A DNA stretch of 64,000 bases, from assembly GCA_026936335.1 (NCBI GenBank), contig JAPMXV010000020.1:1-64000 (forward strand), in the 5' to 3' direction. Positions 30,501 to 40,811 of this stretch are shown one piece after another. This DNA comes from Mantamonas sphyraenae STR306 (taxonomy: Eukaryota; Protista; CRuMs). The position numbers and the translations under genes are program-made. A model generated the notes under the pieces. It was given only the letters and a program-made list of their open reading frames with translations. It was not told where the DNA came from and made no database searches. The stretch's first letter is position 1. Every line of letters starts with the position of its first letter.

Positions 30501-32161
30501 TCCAACAATCGCTTGCCCTGCGGAGGAATCGTCACCTGCACCATCCCACTCCTGTATCCTCCCCTTCCCTTGTCCTTGTCACCTGTCTCTTCGTACGCTT
30601 GGCCAACACCACCCGTCATCACATGCAGCCCTCCTCCTCCTCCTCCTCCTCGTTTCTTGCTGCGTCGTTTCAACAAGGTCGTGCGCGCAGTCATTGTCCC
30701 ACTCACATTGCGGATGGCTCTGTTCAACCCTACCGATGCCTCCTCCAGGATGCCCAAGTCATATTCCATCTCATGAAAGTCCTGCTTGCGTGGCAGATCT
30801 GCCATGGTGCGAGGACTTGCCCCACTGAGGGACACTCCCGCACTGCTCCCCCCTTGCCCCTCACCGGCTCCACCCACTCCTCCATTCCTCAGTCTCCGTG
30901 TTGTTTTCGCTTCTCTCTCTGCTTGCATCCGTGTCAGGGCCAAGGGGCGAGTGACCCCCGTCCGGGAACGCAGGTTGCTTGTGTGCGACCCAAACAGGTG
31001 CTTGCTCGACCTGCGTGTGTCCTTCATCAATGTGGCACTGCGTACATGGCTTCCCCTCTCACTGCCCTTTACAGATGGCAACACTCCTTTGGTCCCACCA
31101 CGCACCCTATGCTGCTGGGGCTGCGTTGTGTGCTGCACGCCCCTTCCCCTCCTTCCACCAGCTCCCCCCTCTGTCCCATCCTCCCTTCCCACATCCCCTC
31201 TCCATGTCACCTGTCCCCTGGGTGTGTCATTACCCTCGTTGTCATGTCCTTCATCAGCCCCGTCCTCTCCCTCCCTCTCCCTCTCCTCCTCCTCCTCCTC
31301 CTCGTGCAGCAGATGCTTCGTCTTTAGCATCTCCTCCACCTCCTCTTCCGTATGGGTGCCATTCAATGCACGCACATACGCAAGAAAGGGTGAATACTTG
31401 GCCTGTGCCTGTTCGAAACTCATCAGTTCCCCCGAGCGGAAGTGAAGGGCATCGTTGTGACCGTTGTCCTGCTCTTCCACAGCCCTTGTTGCAGCACGCA
31501 CAGCCTCTTCCTCCTCCTCCTCCTCCTCCCCAACCTCTTCTCCCCCTTCCCTTTCTTCCTCTGCCTCCTCCTCTTCCTCTGCCTCCCGTCCCTCCTCCTC
31601 CGCCACGCCCGTTTCCCGTTTGGCAATGGGCACCCGCACGACCTGCAGACCCAATCCGGCCCCACGCTGGTCGTCTGCCCATCCCACACGCTCCCTACCA
31701 TCGTCTTCTTCGTCTCCATATGTGTACACATGCTGAGTCTGTTGGTGCAGCTCATCCAGGGTGGGTGGCGGTGTTCCTCGGTCGCGAAAGACAAAGGTGC
31801 CTTCAGCCGCAAGGACCCCCTTGGCTCCCCTCCTGCCAGACCCATCACCGGCATTGTCCTCCCCATCCTCCTCCTCGTCCCCACTGTCGTCCTCATTGAC
31901 ATGCCCATCTGATTCCCCACGTGACAATGGGTTGCCCCTGCTGCCTGGGGTGGTGCTGCTTGTGCGGGCACTGGCTGGCAGTTCCAAGATGCCCCCTGCC
32001 TGCTGGGCTGCACGGCGTTCCTGGTCCTTGCGTGCATTGAGCATGGCCCTTTGGTACGCAGGAGAGGCGGATGGGGCTGTGGAAGAGGGAGGATGGATGG
32101 CTGTGGAATGGAACGACCATCCTGCCACCGACAATGGCTTGTCCAACGGCGTGTCCTGCAT
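27548..32161 (-). CDS. TSNAXIP1-like coiled-coil axonemal-type protein, ~1537 aa
   Basis: Long disordered N-terminus, coiled coil, then LGFGPEVPVYLRAKGKIKNRSMTKRETEALVKDVW, AYNVVYSLEKY..DADLELF, LFAENRDMDQGHFAETLRDQ. Confidence 0.75.
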   Translation of the reverse strand: MQDTPLDKPLSVAGWSFHSTAIHPPSSTAPSASPAYQRAMLNARKDQERRAAQQAGGILELPASARTSSTTPGSRGNPLSRGESDGHVNEDDSGDEEEDGEDNAGDGSGRRGAKGVLAAEGTFVFRDRGTPPPTLDELHQQTQHVYTYGDEEDDGRERVGWADDQRGAGLGLQVVRVPIAKRETGVAEEEGREAEEEEEAEEEREGGEEVGEEEEEEEEAVRAATRAVEEQDNGHNDALHFRSGELMSFEQAQAKYSPFLAYVRALNGTHTEEEVEEMLKTKHLLHEEEEEEEREREGEDGADEGHDNEGNDTPRGQVTWRGDVGREDGTEGGAGGRRGRGVQHTTQPQQHRVRGGTKGVLPSVKGSERGSHVRSATLMKDTRRSSKHLFGSHTSNLRSRTGVTRPLALTRMQAEREAKTTRRLRNGGVGGAGEGQGGSSAGVSLSGASPRTMADLPRKQDFHEMEYDLGILEEASVGLNRAIRNVSGTMTARTTLLKRRSKKRGGGGGGGLHVMTGGVGQAYEETGDKDKGRGGYRSGMVQVTIPPQGKRLLDNMQEDQQMQELGRLYSPESIRKVEGKVRTQTQTSNAKSMRGGESPNPRPLSRESASSSIVRQVTRETPSPVNVFGNVVGPRQATMAQEGEEGLANTASASSSWPRKRSAPSATHWQRPAVDVEAVSPKRSVAHGELRHAEMGVHAMRLAQTRRDQTEEAVRVLQYLSGLDTAVAPVLQAVLPVVQQAVYTPDAVTGVHSAPYYAQAPYFEYAERLARDRMAVARAKQAVEEQLAEEQELTARLRAQVQEHREAMLAKSDRLDATSEDMMRMRREVKLLGEELAEANVAAEKFRDMYHATVVDLNEAMHYKDEYMKISSLLAEARLAYERMDIERENLQAEHAAALVMMNNKLRKRESDLSATRGLLSKANEQLEEMQEALDATVKQVEKLQHTVSISIVEPDWGQLRRLYPEIDFDYTPHVAPNDIINTIAAEVEQLRNDSTRLKKLLDYFKDKDVSGLEGYANAAVSSEEGEDELKYFNALGFGPEVPVYLRAKGKIKNRSMTKRETEALVKDVWARKQQSDKKKGAMQALDVFFSEYLKQKFGMPQLIAETAYNVVYSLEKYKYDADLELFASIMRGELSELVYYDQMKLMDRIQEKLAAYDYRKHSRTTGLVKHSVVKSVVESLCPSKSEEDMEKLMTALAYDFPKEVEYGLLFAENRDMDQGHFAETLRDQHLYEVLAYKTEVTETLKAYVRHARAADEKSGMKHEEHVEKTVDYVTVEGVIEVLTIIDPKKPLREVEAIVARGFDAQIGRLLPEDTVPLNTFMQRQNRGLLKRSTRRTQEMTVMPAHVENLDEEARKRYQNIVAAHNEHLKSASNYRKNVLSAQRVLSVHEVFMNHTHIFAPARETAEEYVKNSKLGLGEIMGTSSTAVNKKKARRKRSMMRKNSQSVVHLVAGRGKRRHHHKHHKRHTDEGKDGEDGESSKGKETVDGDEEGEEDEEGEEDDEEGMEEEDENGEEGEDEEDDEGGEEEDALSLVERG

Positions 32162-32329
32162 CCTTTTCTCTTGATTTGGTGCCACCCACGCCACTGACAC
32201 ACATCCCATCCACCCCATGCCATCCACACACAACCCCACCATACACACACACACACTCTCTCTCCACATCCACGTCCATGCACAACCCACGGGAGTGGAC
32301 CCATTTCAAACTCCAACACCTTTTGCAGC

Positions 32330-33910
32330 ATGCCAATGTCCAGGCCGATGTGGAGGAAGAGTGTGGTGATGAGTGTGCCACTCCTCCTGCTGTTTGTGAT
32401 GTTGCTTCTGGTGTCCCACAACACACACACGCGTGGTGGGGGTCGGGTGCTGGCGGCGGCGTCGTCGGCCCAAGACACGTCAGCAGGCGTGGTGTGGGAC
32501 GACAGCGACCTGAGCGACGAAGAGCAGGACACCATGGCCACCAACCGTCGTGTCACACAAACACACAAGGACGATGACTTGGACCAGGTGATGGCAGATC
32601 TGGATTTGCAGCTGAAGGATGCCCTGGAGGACGTGGAGAACGCAAAGCCGTACAAGCAACAAATGCAGGAGCTGGAACGACGTCTGCGGGAACGGGAGGA
32701 GCGGCGGCAGAAGCTGCTGGCTGAAGAGCAAGCGAATGATGTGAACAAGACATCGATGTCGTATGAGGAGTTCAAGGCAGGTGGGTGGAGACGGTGGAAG
32801 GAGGTGGACTCGCAATCACTCAAGGCCATCTACGAGCAACTGGAGGAGGATCTGAAGGAGGAGAAGGAGTGGAAGGGACACACGGATGACCAAGGGACTA
32901 AGGAGGAGGCAGAGGAGAGGGTGAAGGCGGAGGAGGCAGTGCGGGCAGCACAGGAAGCACGAAAGAGAAAGGCAGAGGAGGAACGGCAGGCAAGGGTCAG
33001 GGAGAGGGAGGAGAAGGAGAGACTGAAACGAGAGGAGGCAGCACGGAAGAGGGCGGAACAGGCAGAGAAGAGACGCAAAGCACGGGAACGTAGGGAGAGG
33101 GAGGAACAAAGGGAGAGGGAGAGGGAGTGGGAGAGGGAGAGGGTGAGGGAGATGCAGGCTCAGGAGAAGGCACGCAAGGAGGCACAGGAACGCAGACGCA
33201 AGGCACGAGAGGAGGCCATGCGTAAAAGGGAGCAACGTGCCAAGGATGCCAAGGACAAGAGCAATGGTGGTGGTGGTGGTGCACAGAGCAGCAGCAGCGC
33301 CAACAACAACAACAACAACAACCCACGTTGGAAGGAGAACGATGCCCAGAGGGCCAAGAAGGACTATTACGACATCCTCAACGTGGCAAAGACTGCCTCC
33401 AAGAGAGAGATCAAGCGAGCATACAAGCGCCAGAGCGTGCGCTTCCACCCAGACAAGAACCGTGGCTACGAACACAGCAACCAAGTGTTTGCTCAGATTG
33501 CAGAGGCCTACGAGGTGCTCAGCGACGACAACAAGCGACGTGTCTACGACCAATACGGCCGCGAGGGTCTCCAAGAAGGCGGCGCAGGCGGTGAGGGCTT
33601 TGAAGGGTTCGAGTTTGACTTTGGCGGCTTCACCGATCCGTTTGAGCTGTTCAAGCGCTTTGCAGGCGAGGGTGGCCAGGGAGGCCATGGAGGCTTCCGC
33701 ATTGTGGTGGAGAATGTCGGTGGCTTTGCCGAGCAGGTGGGTGGCGCTTTTGGCGAGTTTTTCGACGGCTTCATGGAGAGCGACGGCGACGACGACACAG
33801 CCGGCAGCTGGAGCTTCGGTGGCTGGAGCGATAACGAGGCCATCCACCACGGAGGTGGTGGTAAGGCTGGCCAGGCCAAGGGCAAGGCGCAGGGCAAGGG
33901 CAAAAAGTGA
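32330..33910 (+). CDS. DnaJ-domain protein with signal anchor and long E/R/K helix, 526 aa
   Basis: Hydrophobic VPLLLLFVMLLLVS; charged helical region; DYYDILNV...FHPDKN...IAEAYEVLSD...YDQYG; G/F-rich tail. Confidence 0.93.
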   Translation: MPMSRPMWRKSVVMSVPLLLLFVMLLLVSHNTHTRGGGRVLAAASSAQDTSAGVVWDDSDLSDEEQDTMATNRRVTQTHKDDDLDQVMADLDLQLKDALEDVENAKPYKQQMQELERRLREREERRQKLLAEEQANDVNKTSMSYEEFKAGGWRRWKEVDSQSLKAIYEQLEEDLKEEKEWKGHTDDQGTKEEAEERVKAEEAVRAAQEARKRKAEEERQARVREREEKERLKREEAARKRAEQAEKRRKARERREREEQREREREWERERVREMQAQEKARKEAQERRRKAREEAMRKREQRAKDAKDKSNGGGGGAQSSSSANNNNNNNPRWKENDAQRAKKDYYDILNVAKTASKREIKRAYKRQSVRFHPDKNRGYEHSNQVFAQIAEAYEVLSDDNKRRVYDQYGREGLQEGGAGGEGFEGFEFDFGGFTDPFELFKRFAGEGGQGGHGGFRIVVENVGGFAEQVGGAFGEFFDGFMESDGDDDTAGSWSFGGWSDNEAIHHGGGGKAGQAKGKAQGKGKK

Positions 33911-34082
33911 AACGATGGAGCACGCCGAGCAATATATGGTACGCCGTCACTGCATCCGTCTTTTTTGATTGACGTTCAAATCATGCATTCTATCCATAGA
34001 CGATGATTTTGGCATGAATCAAAATTTACTGATTGGTTCGCCACAAGTGCTGCCTCGCACTCACCCTACGCTCAATGGATGC

Positions 34083-35828
34083 TCAATTGATGATTTTCTG
34101 GCCGTGCTCGTCCGTGCGAAAGGGCGGGTGGAAGGTGAGGAGAGTGGAGACCATGCAGACGAGGGCCATGATGAAAAACGGACCGCTCCAGTTGCCTGCA
34201 ACCTCGGTCATGGGCTCAAACATGACGGGGATAAACGTGCCCAGAGTGGAGCCGATTTGGAGGAAGCCAAAGAACTTGCCAAAGTTGTTGTGGCCGTAGT
34301 AGGTGCTGATGACGGAGGGGAACATGGTGAAGCAGCTGCCAAAGCCAAAGCCGAGAAGGACGATGCAGAGGAGATAGAAGATGTCCATGGTCATGCTGGT
34401 GCTGTTGTGGAGATGCATGGCACCCAACAGGAGTTGGAGCAGGGCCATGACGCCGAGGTTGCCAGCGAGGACCTGGGTGCGTGCCACGTTGTACTTGTGG
34501 GCCAACCAGTCCGAGAGCATGCCCGACACAATGGTGCCGGTGCCATTCATGACACTAAAGGCGAGGGCGACCCAGATGTGCACGTCAAAGATCTGTGTGT
34601 AGAGGTAGGGCTCGGTGAGCTGCTTTGTGTTTGCCACGACATACAAGCCGGACCCAATGCCCCCAAAGTAGGCCAGGGTCAGGTACCAGAAGTACTTCTC
34701 CTTGAGGATGATGAAGCTCTCACCCACACTCATGGGATCCTCAGAGAAGCCTTCCACCAGCGGGGGTGCATCCTCCTCCTGCTGCCTGCGTTTCCTCTTT
34801 CTTCGCGTGCCCCCCTCACTAACCACCGACGATGTCGATGCCTCACTGTCTGTCGATCCGTACGTGGGTGCTGCCTTGAGGTGTGCCGGCGTGTGTGGCG
34901 GACTGCTGCTGCGCTGGCCGTAGCTGGGCGTTGCGAAGTCGTCGTCGTCGTCGTCGTCGTTGCCACCATCACCATCATTGTCATCGTCACCATCACGCGA
35001 GGCACGTGCCTCATTAGCCAGGAGCGAGTCTGTGGCACTGGCGCCCAGTTGGCCCTCCTCCTCGTCCTCCTCGTCGTACTCGTGGAATTTGGCGCCAAAC
35101 TCGCCCAGAAACAAAATGAAAAAGGCGGGAAGCATGACGCAGGCGAGTGCAAAGCCCAGGGTGCGTGTGAGCACAGGCCAGCAGTGGGGTTCATGGCAGT
35201 TGGCCACGTTGGCCACAGTCAGGTAGAAGAGGACAGTGATGCCAAGCGAGAACGACATGCAGGCGCCGACCACGCTGATGGCCGAGCCGCGCATTTTGGA
35301 GGAGCTGGTTTTGATGGCTGTGGTCAGGGCGGCCAGGAAGGTGCCTCCACCGGCAAAGCCCACCACCAGCATGCAGGCACACAGGACATAAAAGGTGGAG
35401 GCGCCTGTGAAGGAGCCCAGCACGTAAAACACGGCCAGGAGGAGGGCGCAAACAAAGCCGGTGACGCCCGAGCCGTACTTGTCGTTGAGGTAACCGACGG
35501 GAAAGGTGAAATACAGGCCGATGAGGGCACATGTGGTCAACACCGACGTCTCTGTGTTGCCAATCTTCTGGTCCAGCTTCACCATCTGTGCAATTGTGTT
35601 GATGGCATTCTGTGTGTGCCGTGTATGCGCCGTGTGCCGTGGAAAAATCCGTCAGCCCTCTCCCGCTCTCGTTTCGTCCGCGCTAACAAACCCGCGTGCA
35701 CAACCTCGCCCCAGCGTCCCACGTACCGACGTGCCACTCAACAGTGCCACCAACATGCTCGCAAACACCACCAGGGGCGCCCTTGGAATGCCAAAGGTAT
35801 CCAGACACTTGCGGGCAAAGTCGTCCAT
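34083..35828 (-). CDS. MFS transporter, nodulin-like/Mch1 type, 542 aa; exons 35828-35727, 35609-34083
   Basis: About 12 TM helices; PVGYLNDKYG, GMLSDW, GFGFG...FPSVISTYYG..NFG; intron GTACGT...CACAG. Confidence 0.88.
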
Positions 35829-36042
35829 GTGGTGCTGTGTGGGTGGTGGGGAGCCGGGAAGAGGGAGCCCTGCCGATCTTTTTCTTTGGCTCCCAACGGG
35901 CACACACCGAGTGATTGGGTTGACAATGCCATGGAAGGTGTTGGTTGGATGGATGTGTGTATGAAATGAGGACATGGAGTGAGGAGTGAGTGAGGGGACA
36001 TTCACGCTGGATGAACCAGGCGAAAAACGAGTCGGCGCCACC

Positions 36043-37583
36043 ATGCCACGCGTTGCTGCAGAGCTGCAGTACCACGTGGTACGTGACTCACAGGACAGTG
36101 TGGATGCCCATCAGCCTGTGTTGGAGTGGAAACGGTGGATCATGCTAGGTTCGTAACCCTTTTGTTCCGGTGTGACAACACACACCATGCACAGTGACTG
36201 ACACACCACACCCACGTGCGCGAACCTGTGCGTGTGTGTGTGGACATCATCCGCAGTGCTGTTTGTACTGGCCAGTGCGGCCAATGCCATGTGTTGGATC
36301 ACGTACGCACCCATCTCAGACGTGGTCGAACGGGACTTTGCCGTTTCCTCACAATTCGTGGATCTGTTGAGCATCACATTCATGGCTGTGTTTCCCTTTG
36401 CATTGGCACCTGCCATTGTCATGCTCAACAGGGTTGGGCTTCGCACAGGAGTGGGTTGAAACCGAGGGGGGGGGAGCCTTTTCCTTCGTGCCACACGGGA
36501 TCGTCGCCCCTCACTCACCCACCGACGACCCCACACTCCATGCACTTCGTCCAGGTGGCAACGGGGGCAGTGTTGACCACGATTGGTGCGTGGGTACGTG
36601 TCACTGCTCACCATGCGCAGGATTATTGGGCATTGTTTGCCGGACAAGCACTTGCCGCTTTGGGTCAACCCTTCCTGCTGAGTGCCCCTGCCACTCTCAG
36701 TGCCCATTGGTTTGGTGTGCGTGAACGTACCCTGGCCACCACGCTGGGCATCCTGGCCAGTCCCATGGGCATTGCTGTGGGCAGTCTGGTACCTCCTGCA
36801 GCCATACACGGTGTCGACACGCGTGTGTTCAACCTCAACCTCATCCAAGCATTGACGTGCACAGTTGTGGCTGCTCTCGTCGTCTCCCTCTTCCAATCCC
36901 GTCCTCGCACCGCCCCTTCCCTCAGTGCAGAGCTCGCCGACAAGCTGCAAGACTCGGATCGCACACAGGCCCTACGCTTGCTCTCCTCTCGCAACTTTTC
37001 CCTTTTGGCACTCTGTTTTGCCGTTTCCTTCTGTGCCTTCTCCACCCTCGTCACTCTCATGGATCAGTTTCTGCGTGTCTACGCTTACGATGATGCCTTC
37101 AACGGCCTTGTCAACTCCCTCCTCGTCTGTTCAGGCCTCCTGGGCTCACTGCTCGCATCTGTGCTCGCTGATTACACCCTTCGATACACACGCACTCTTC
37201 AGGTCTGCATGCTGCTGTGTTCGGGATCGATGATGGCATTTGCGGCTGCCATGGGACCCAACAATCACCTCCTGGTTGCCCTCCTTGCTTCCCTGGTGGG
37301 GCTCACGTTGACCCCGCAGATGTCTCTCGCCATCGAATTGGCTGTGGAGATGAGCTTCCCATGTGGTGAAGCCCTGCCGACGGGGATGCTGGTCGTGGGG
37401 GGGCAAATCCTGGGCATTCCTGCTCTGCTTGTCGCAAACCATTACATGGGACTGGGTGACATCAGCACCTTCCTGTGGGTGTGTTCCGTCGCCGTGGCAG
37501 GTGCCTCGGTGGTCATCTTTGCTTTTGATGGCAAGTTGTTGCGACGTGAACATGAGGAAGCGGTGCTCCGGGTGCGATCGTGA
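36043..37583 (+). CDS. FLVCR/SLC49-family MFS transporter, 442 aa; join(36043..36148,36257..36450,36555..37583)
   Basis: KRWIML, NAMCWITYAPI, GQALAALGQPF...SAHWFG..ERTLAT, ELAVEMSFP..E; two GT-AG introns restore the frame. Confidence 0.9.
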
Positions 37584-37599
37584 CGACGGGATTTCGGGT

Positions 37600-38307
37600 T
37601 CATTGCTTGCTCTCGCTTGCCCATTGGGCTCCCATGGTCAATCCCAGGGCGTACAGATACAGTTTGCTGTCGACGAGGAAGCCATGGGTGGTGTGAAAGT
37701 CTCGCAGGGTGGCAAGGAGTGCAGACACAGGCACAAACACACACGCAATGTACTCCTCGTCGTCCAACTCCTGCTTGCTCTCTTGGCCATCCACATCGAC
37801 ACGCACCGTCACCAGCTGCACCGCATCCGACGTGATGCCAGGGTCCAGCGGCAACGCCAGCCTGTGGTCTTCCACCACCTCGCCCGAGTATCCACATTCC
37901 TCACGCAGTTCACGCAGCGCAGCCTGTTCCACCGTCTCGCCGTCATCCACAAGGCCCGCAGGGAGCTCTACCGTCACCTTGTGTGTTGGGGGGCGGTACT
38001 GGAGCACAAGGAGCACGTGGTCTTCCTTCCAAGCGGAGCTGCTGGCCAACACCAGCATTTCCACGCCGTCCACGCTGTCCTGAGCCTCCTGCTGGTTTGT
38101 TGTTGTGCGCTCGATGGCCTCGTAGACCACACTCTCCTCCATGTCTGGGTTGGTGTACTCCAACTTGTTGAAGCGCAACCACCTGCCCTCGGCCACCACC
38201 TCCTTGCCCACCTCGGTGACCCCCTTGAGCACCTTGAGCTTCTTTTCGTACACGTCCGCACTGTCGACGGGAAGCACACAGGGTTTGCTCGAATCACTCT
38301 CGCTCAT
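37600..38307 (-). CDS. ADP-ribose/ADP-sugar pyrophosphatase (NUDT5/YSA1-like Nudix hydrolase), 235 aa
   Basis: QYRPP...ELPAGLVDDGETVEQAALRELREECG Nudix box, DPG, ELDDEEYI. Confidence 0.93.
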   Translation of the reverse strand: MSESDSSKPCVLPVDSADVYEKKLKVLKGVTEVGKEVVAEGRWLRFNKLEYTNPDMEESVVYEAIERTTTNQQEAQDSVDGVEMLVLASSSAWKEDHVLLVLQYRPPTHKVTVELPAGLVDDGETVEQAALRELREECGYSGEVVEDHRLALPLDPGITSDAVQLVTVRVDVDGQESKQELDDEEYIACVFVPVSALLATLRDFHTTHGFLVDSKLYLYALGLTMGAQWASESKQ

Positions 38308-38400
38308 CCCGTGTTCCGGTTCCTGACACACTTGGGTCGCCTTTCGCGCCTCCACACCCAGCACATTCACACCCACAACACCAACGGGCCACGTCCCACC

Positions 38401-39300
38401 ATGCTCTTCTGTGTGTACAACGTCAACGAAGCGCCGCTGCACGCCTCGCCCATCGGCAAGGGCAACTTTGCAGTCGATCTTAAGGGCAAGGTGACCCAGC
38501 CTCATCAGGACACGCTCTACTTTCTCTGCTCCAGCGACATTGCACTGCTTCGAGGTACAGTTTGCCATCACTTGCCACCCACACACGCACCCACAGCCAT
38601 GGGACAACCCTCTCCCTGCACAACGCACGCCTTTGTCCGCTGTGGCTGCGGCACCCGGGCGCGCGAGAGAAAAAGCGCGCGAAAAGCGCGCGCAAATCAC
38701 AATTCGATTCTCGGCTGACGTCGCCTGGGCACACGCCTCACAGACACGGAGCGCATTGTGCTGTTCTCCGACGTGCGCCCAGACACGATGCTGGGATACC
38801 TGAGCGCCGATCATCGCACGTGTGCGGTGAGTGTGGACGAGACGCCTCCGCAGACGGTGTACTTCCGGCGGGAAGAGATCCAAGTCGGGTGAGTTGAAAG
38901 TGCCCACACACGCACGCACACAGCACAGCAGATGAGAGGAAGACTGACACGCAAGGACGGGGGGCAGGACTCCGCCCAAGACTGGCGAGGTGGATGGTCT
39001 GCTTGCGGAACTGGAAGGGACGCCGAGTCGAGGCCTGGCGACGAAGAAGAGCAAGGGCCGAAAGAAGAAGCAGACAAAGCGACGCACGGAGATGAAGGAG
39101 GAGGAAGAAATGGCACCGAAGCGGAAACGCAGCTCACCGACACTGATTGATTCGGATGATGACGATGATGATGACAATGTCGAAAGGAAGGCGCTGACGG
39201 GTGCAGGCAAACGTCAACGGGTGGACTCGTACGCAGAGTCGGTTACCTCGATGGATTCATTCTCACAGGATTTCCGCATGGTGCAGACACAGGGTGCAGA

Positions 39301-39339
<39 letters not shown>

Positions 39340-40600
39340 TGACGCATTGGAGCTGGACGACGAGAGTGCGTCGACAAACGTCAGCGACGGCCAAGCGCGA
39401 AAGACAACCAGCAAAAACACAGGCAAAGATAAGAGTAGCAAAAGCAGCAGCAGCAGCAGCAGTAGCAGCAGAGGTGGCAAGGGCAAAGGCAGCCGCAAGA
39501 AGGAGAGCGAGATGGAAATGGAGGAGGAGGAGGGAGAGGAGGAGGAGGAAGAGGAGGCGGCGCTTGATCAGCTGGACTGGGAACAGTGCACAGGGCAATT
39601 TCCCGTGGCTCGCTGGGGCCACACGGCAGTGGAACGTGTGGACACGACGACAGGCAAAAAGACCATGCTTGTGTTTGGAGGAATGGGTCAGGCAGTGAGC
39701 CAGGCAGGGCGGCACAGTTCGTCGAGCAGCGAGCTTGTGGACGGGTTCTTGAGCGACCTGTGGGAATTGGACGTGCGGCAGCGACTGTGGCGACCATTGA
39801 ACACACGTGGAGATCGACCCTCGGGTCGAATGGGCCACACGGCGGTGGTGTACAAGGGAAGCATGTATGTGTATGGAGGGTCGACGGACGGGGTGTGGTT
39901 CCGTGACACGTATGCACTGGATCTGACCAGCCTGCAATGGCGCAAGGTGCAAACACAAGGGGAGCATGTGGCACGTGCATACCACAGTGCCACCATGGTG
40001 AACAACGAAATGGTCGTGTATGGAGGCACAGGTGCAGACAGCAACATTGTCGGTTCCATGCACTCCCTGGACCTGGATACCCTCACCTGGTCAGCCATGC
40101 CCGACAACACCCCCGTGGAGAAGAAAGACCATGTGCCGGAGGAACGATGTGGCCATGCCATGGTCCGTGTGGGCAACTCCTTGGTCATGTTTGGAGGCTG
40201 GGATGAGCCCCAAATCATGCCCAGCAATGTCTATCTCTTCAACATCTCCGACTGCGAGTGGACCCGTATGGACATGCATCCGGACAGTGAGACCCCGTCC
40301 ATGCGTACCTGGTTTGCCTACTCCCTCGTCTCGGACGCCCAACTCCTCATCAACGGTGGCTTTGGTCCCATCGAGGCCTCCAACGACTCGTATGTGTTGG
40401 ACATCCGTGAGGCCCGTTGGCAGCGTCTCACCATGGACGAGGACATCCCAGAGCTCAACCGAGCCACAGGCCACACCTCTTGCCTCGTCGACGGCCACCT
40501 GGTCTTTTTTGGCGGCGGCGACCAGTCCAACATTCTCAACAACGATTGGGTGGCACTGACACTGGATGCTGATGACGATGAGGAAGATGAGGAGGAGTAG
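38401..40600 (+). CDS. Kelch-repeat protein with unrecognised N-terminal domain and basic/acidic linker, ~643 aa; join(38401..38554,38744..38888,38968..40600)
   Basis: Six Kelch-type repeats (RWGHTA, RMGHTA, RAYHSA, RCGHAM, RTWFAY, ATGHTS). Two upstream exons join in frame, with CTGAC branch points near 38715 and 38944. Confidence 0.8.
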
Positions 40601-40811
40601 GATTGCGTCTGCATTGGAAGAAACTGCAATTGAACCCGCACCTCCATCGCTCACACTACACATTGCCCTGCCTTTTGCTCTGCCTTCCTGTTCCGTGCAC
40701 CCGTCCTCCGTTCCCTCGTTTGCCCCAGGATTTGGTGATGGACATGTCAACACGGGAAAAGGGGGCGCAGCGCAGTGGGATGCAAGCTGCCGACGACGAC
40801 GCGACGATCAG

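Noticed and set aside
39300-39560. (AGC)n, (GAG)n and similar microsatellites here and at 4047-4074, 27435-27480, 33300-33322
   Set aside because: Ordinary coding homopolymer runs (poly-Ser, Glu, Asn); not CRISPR or mobile repeats.
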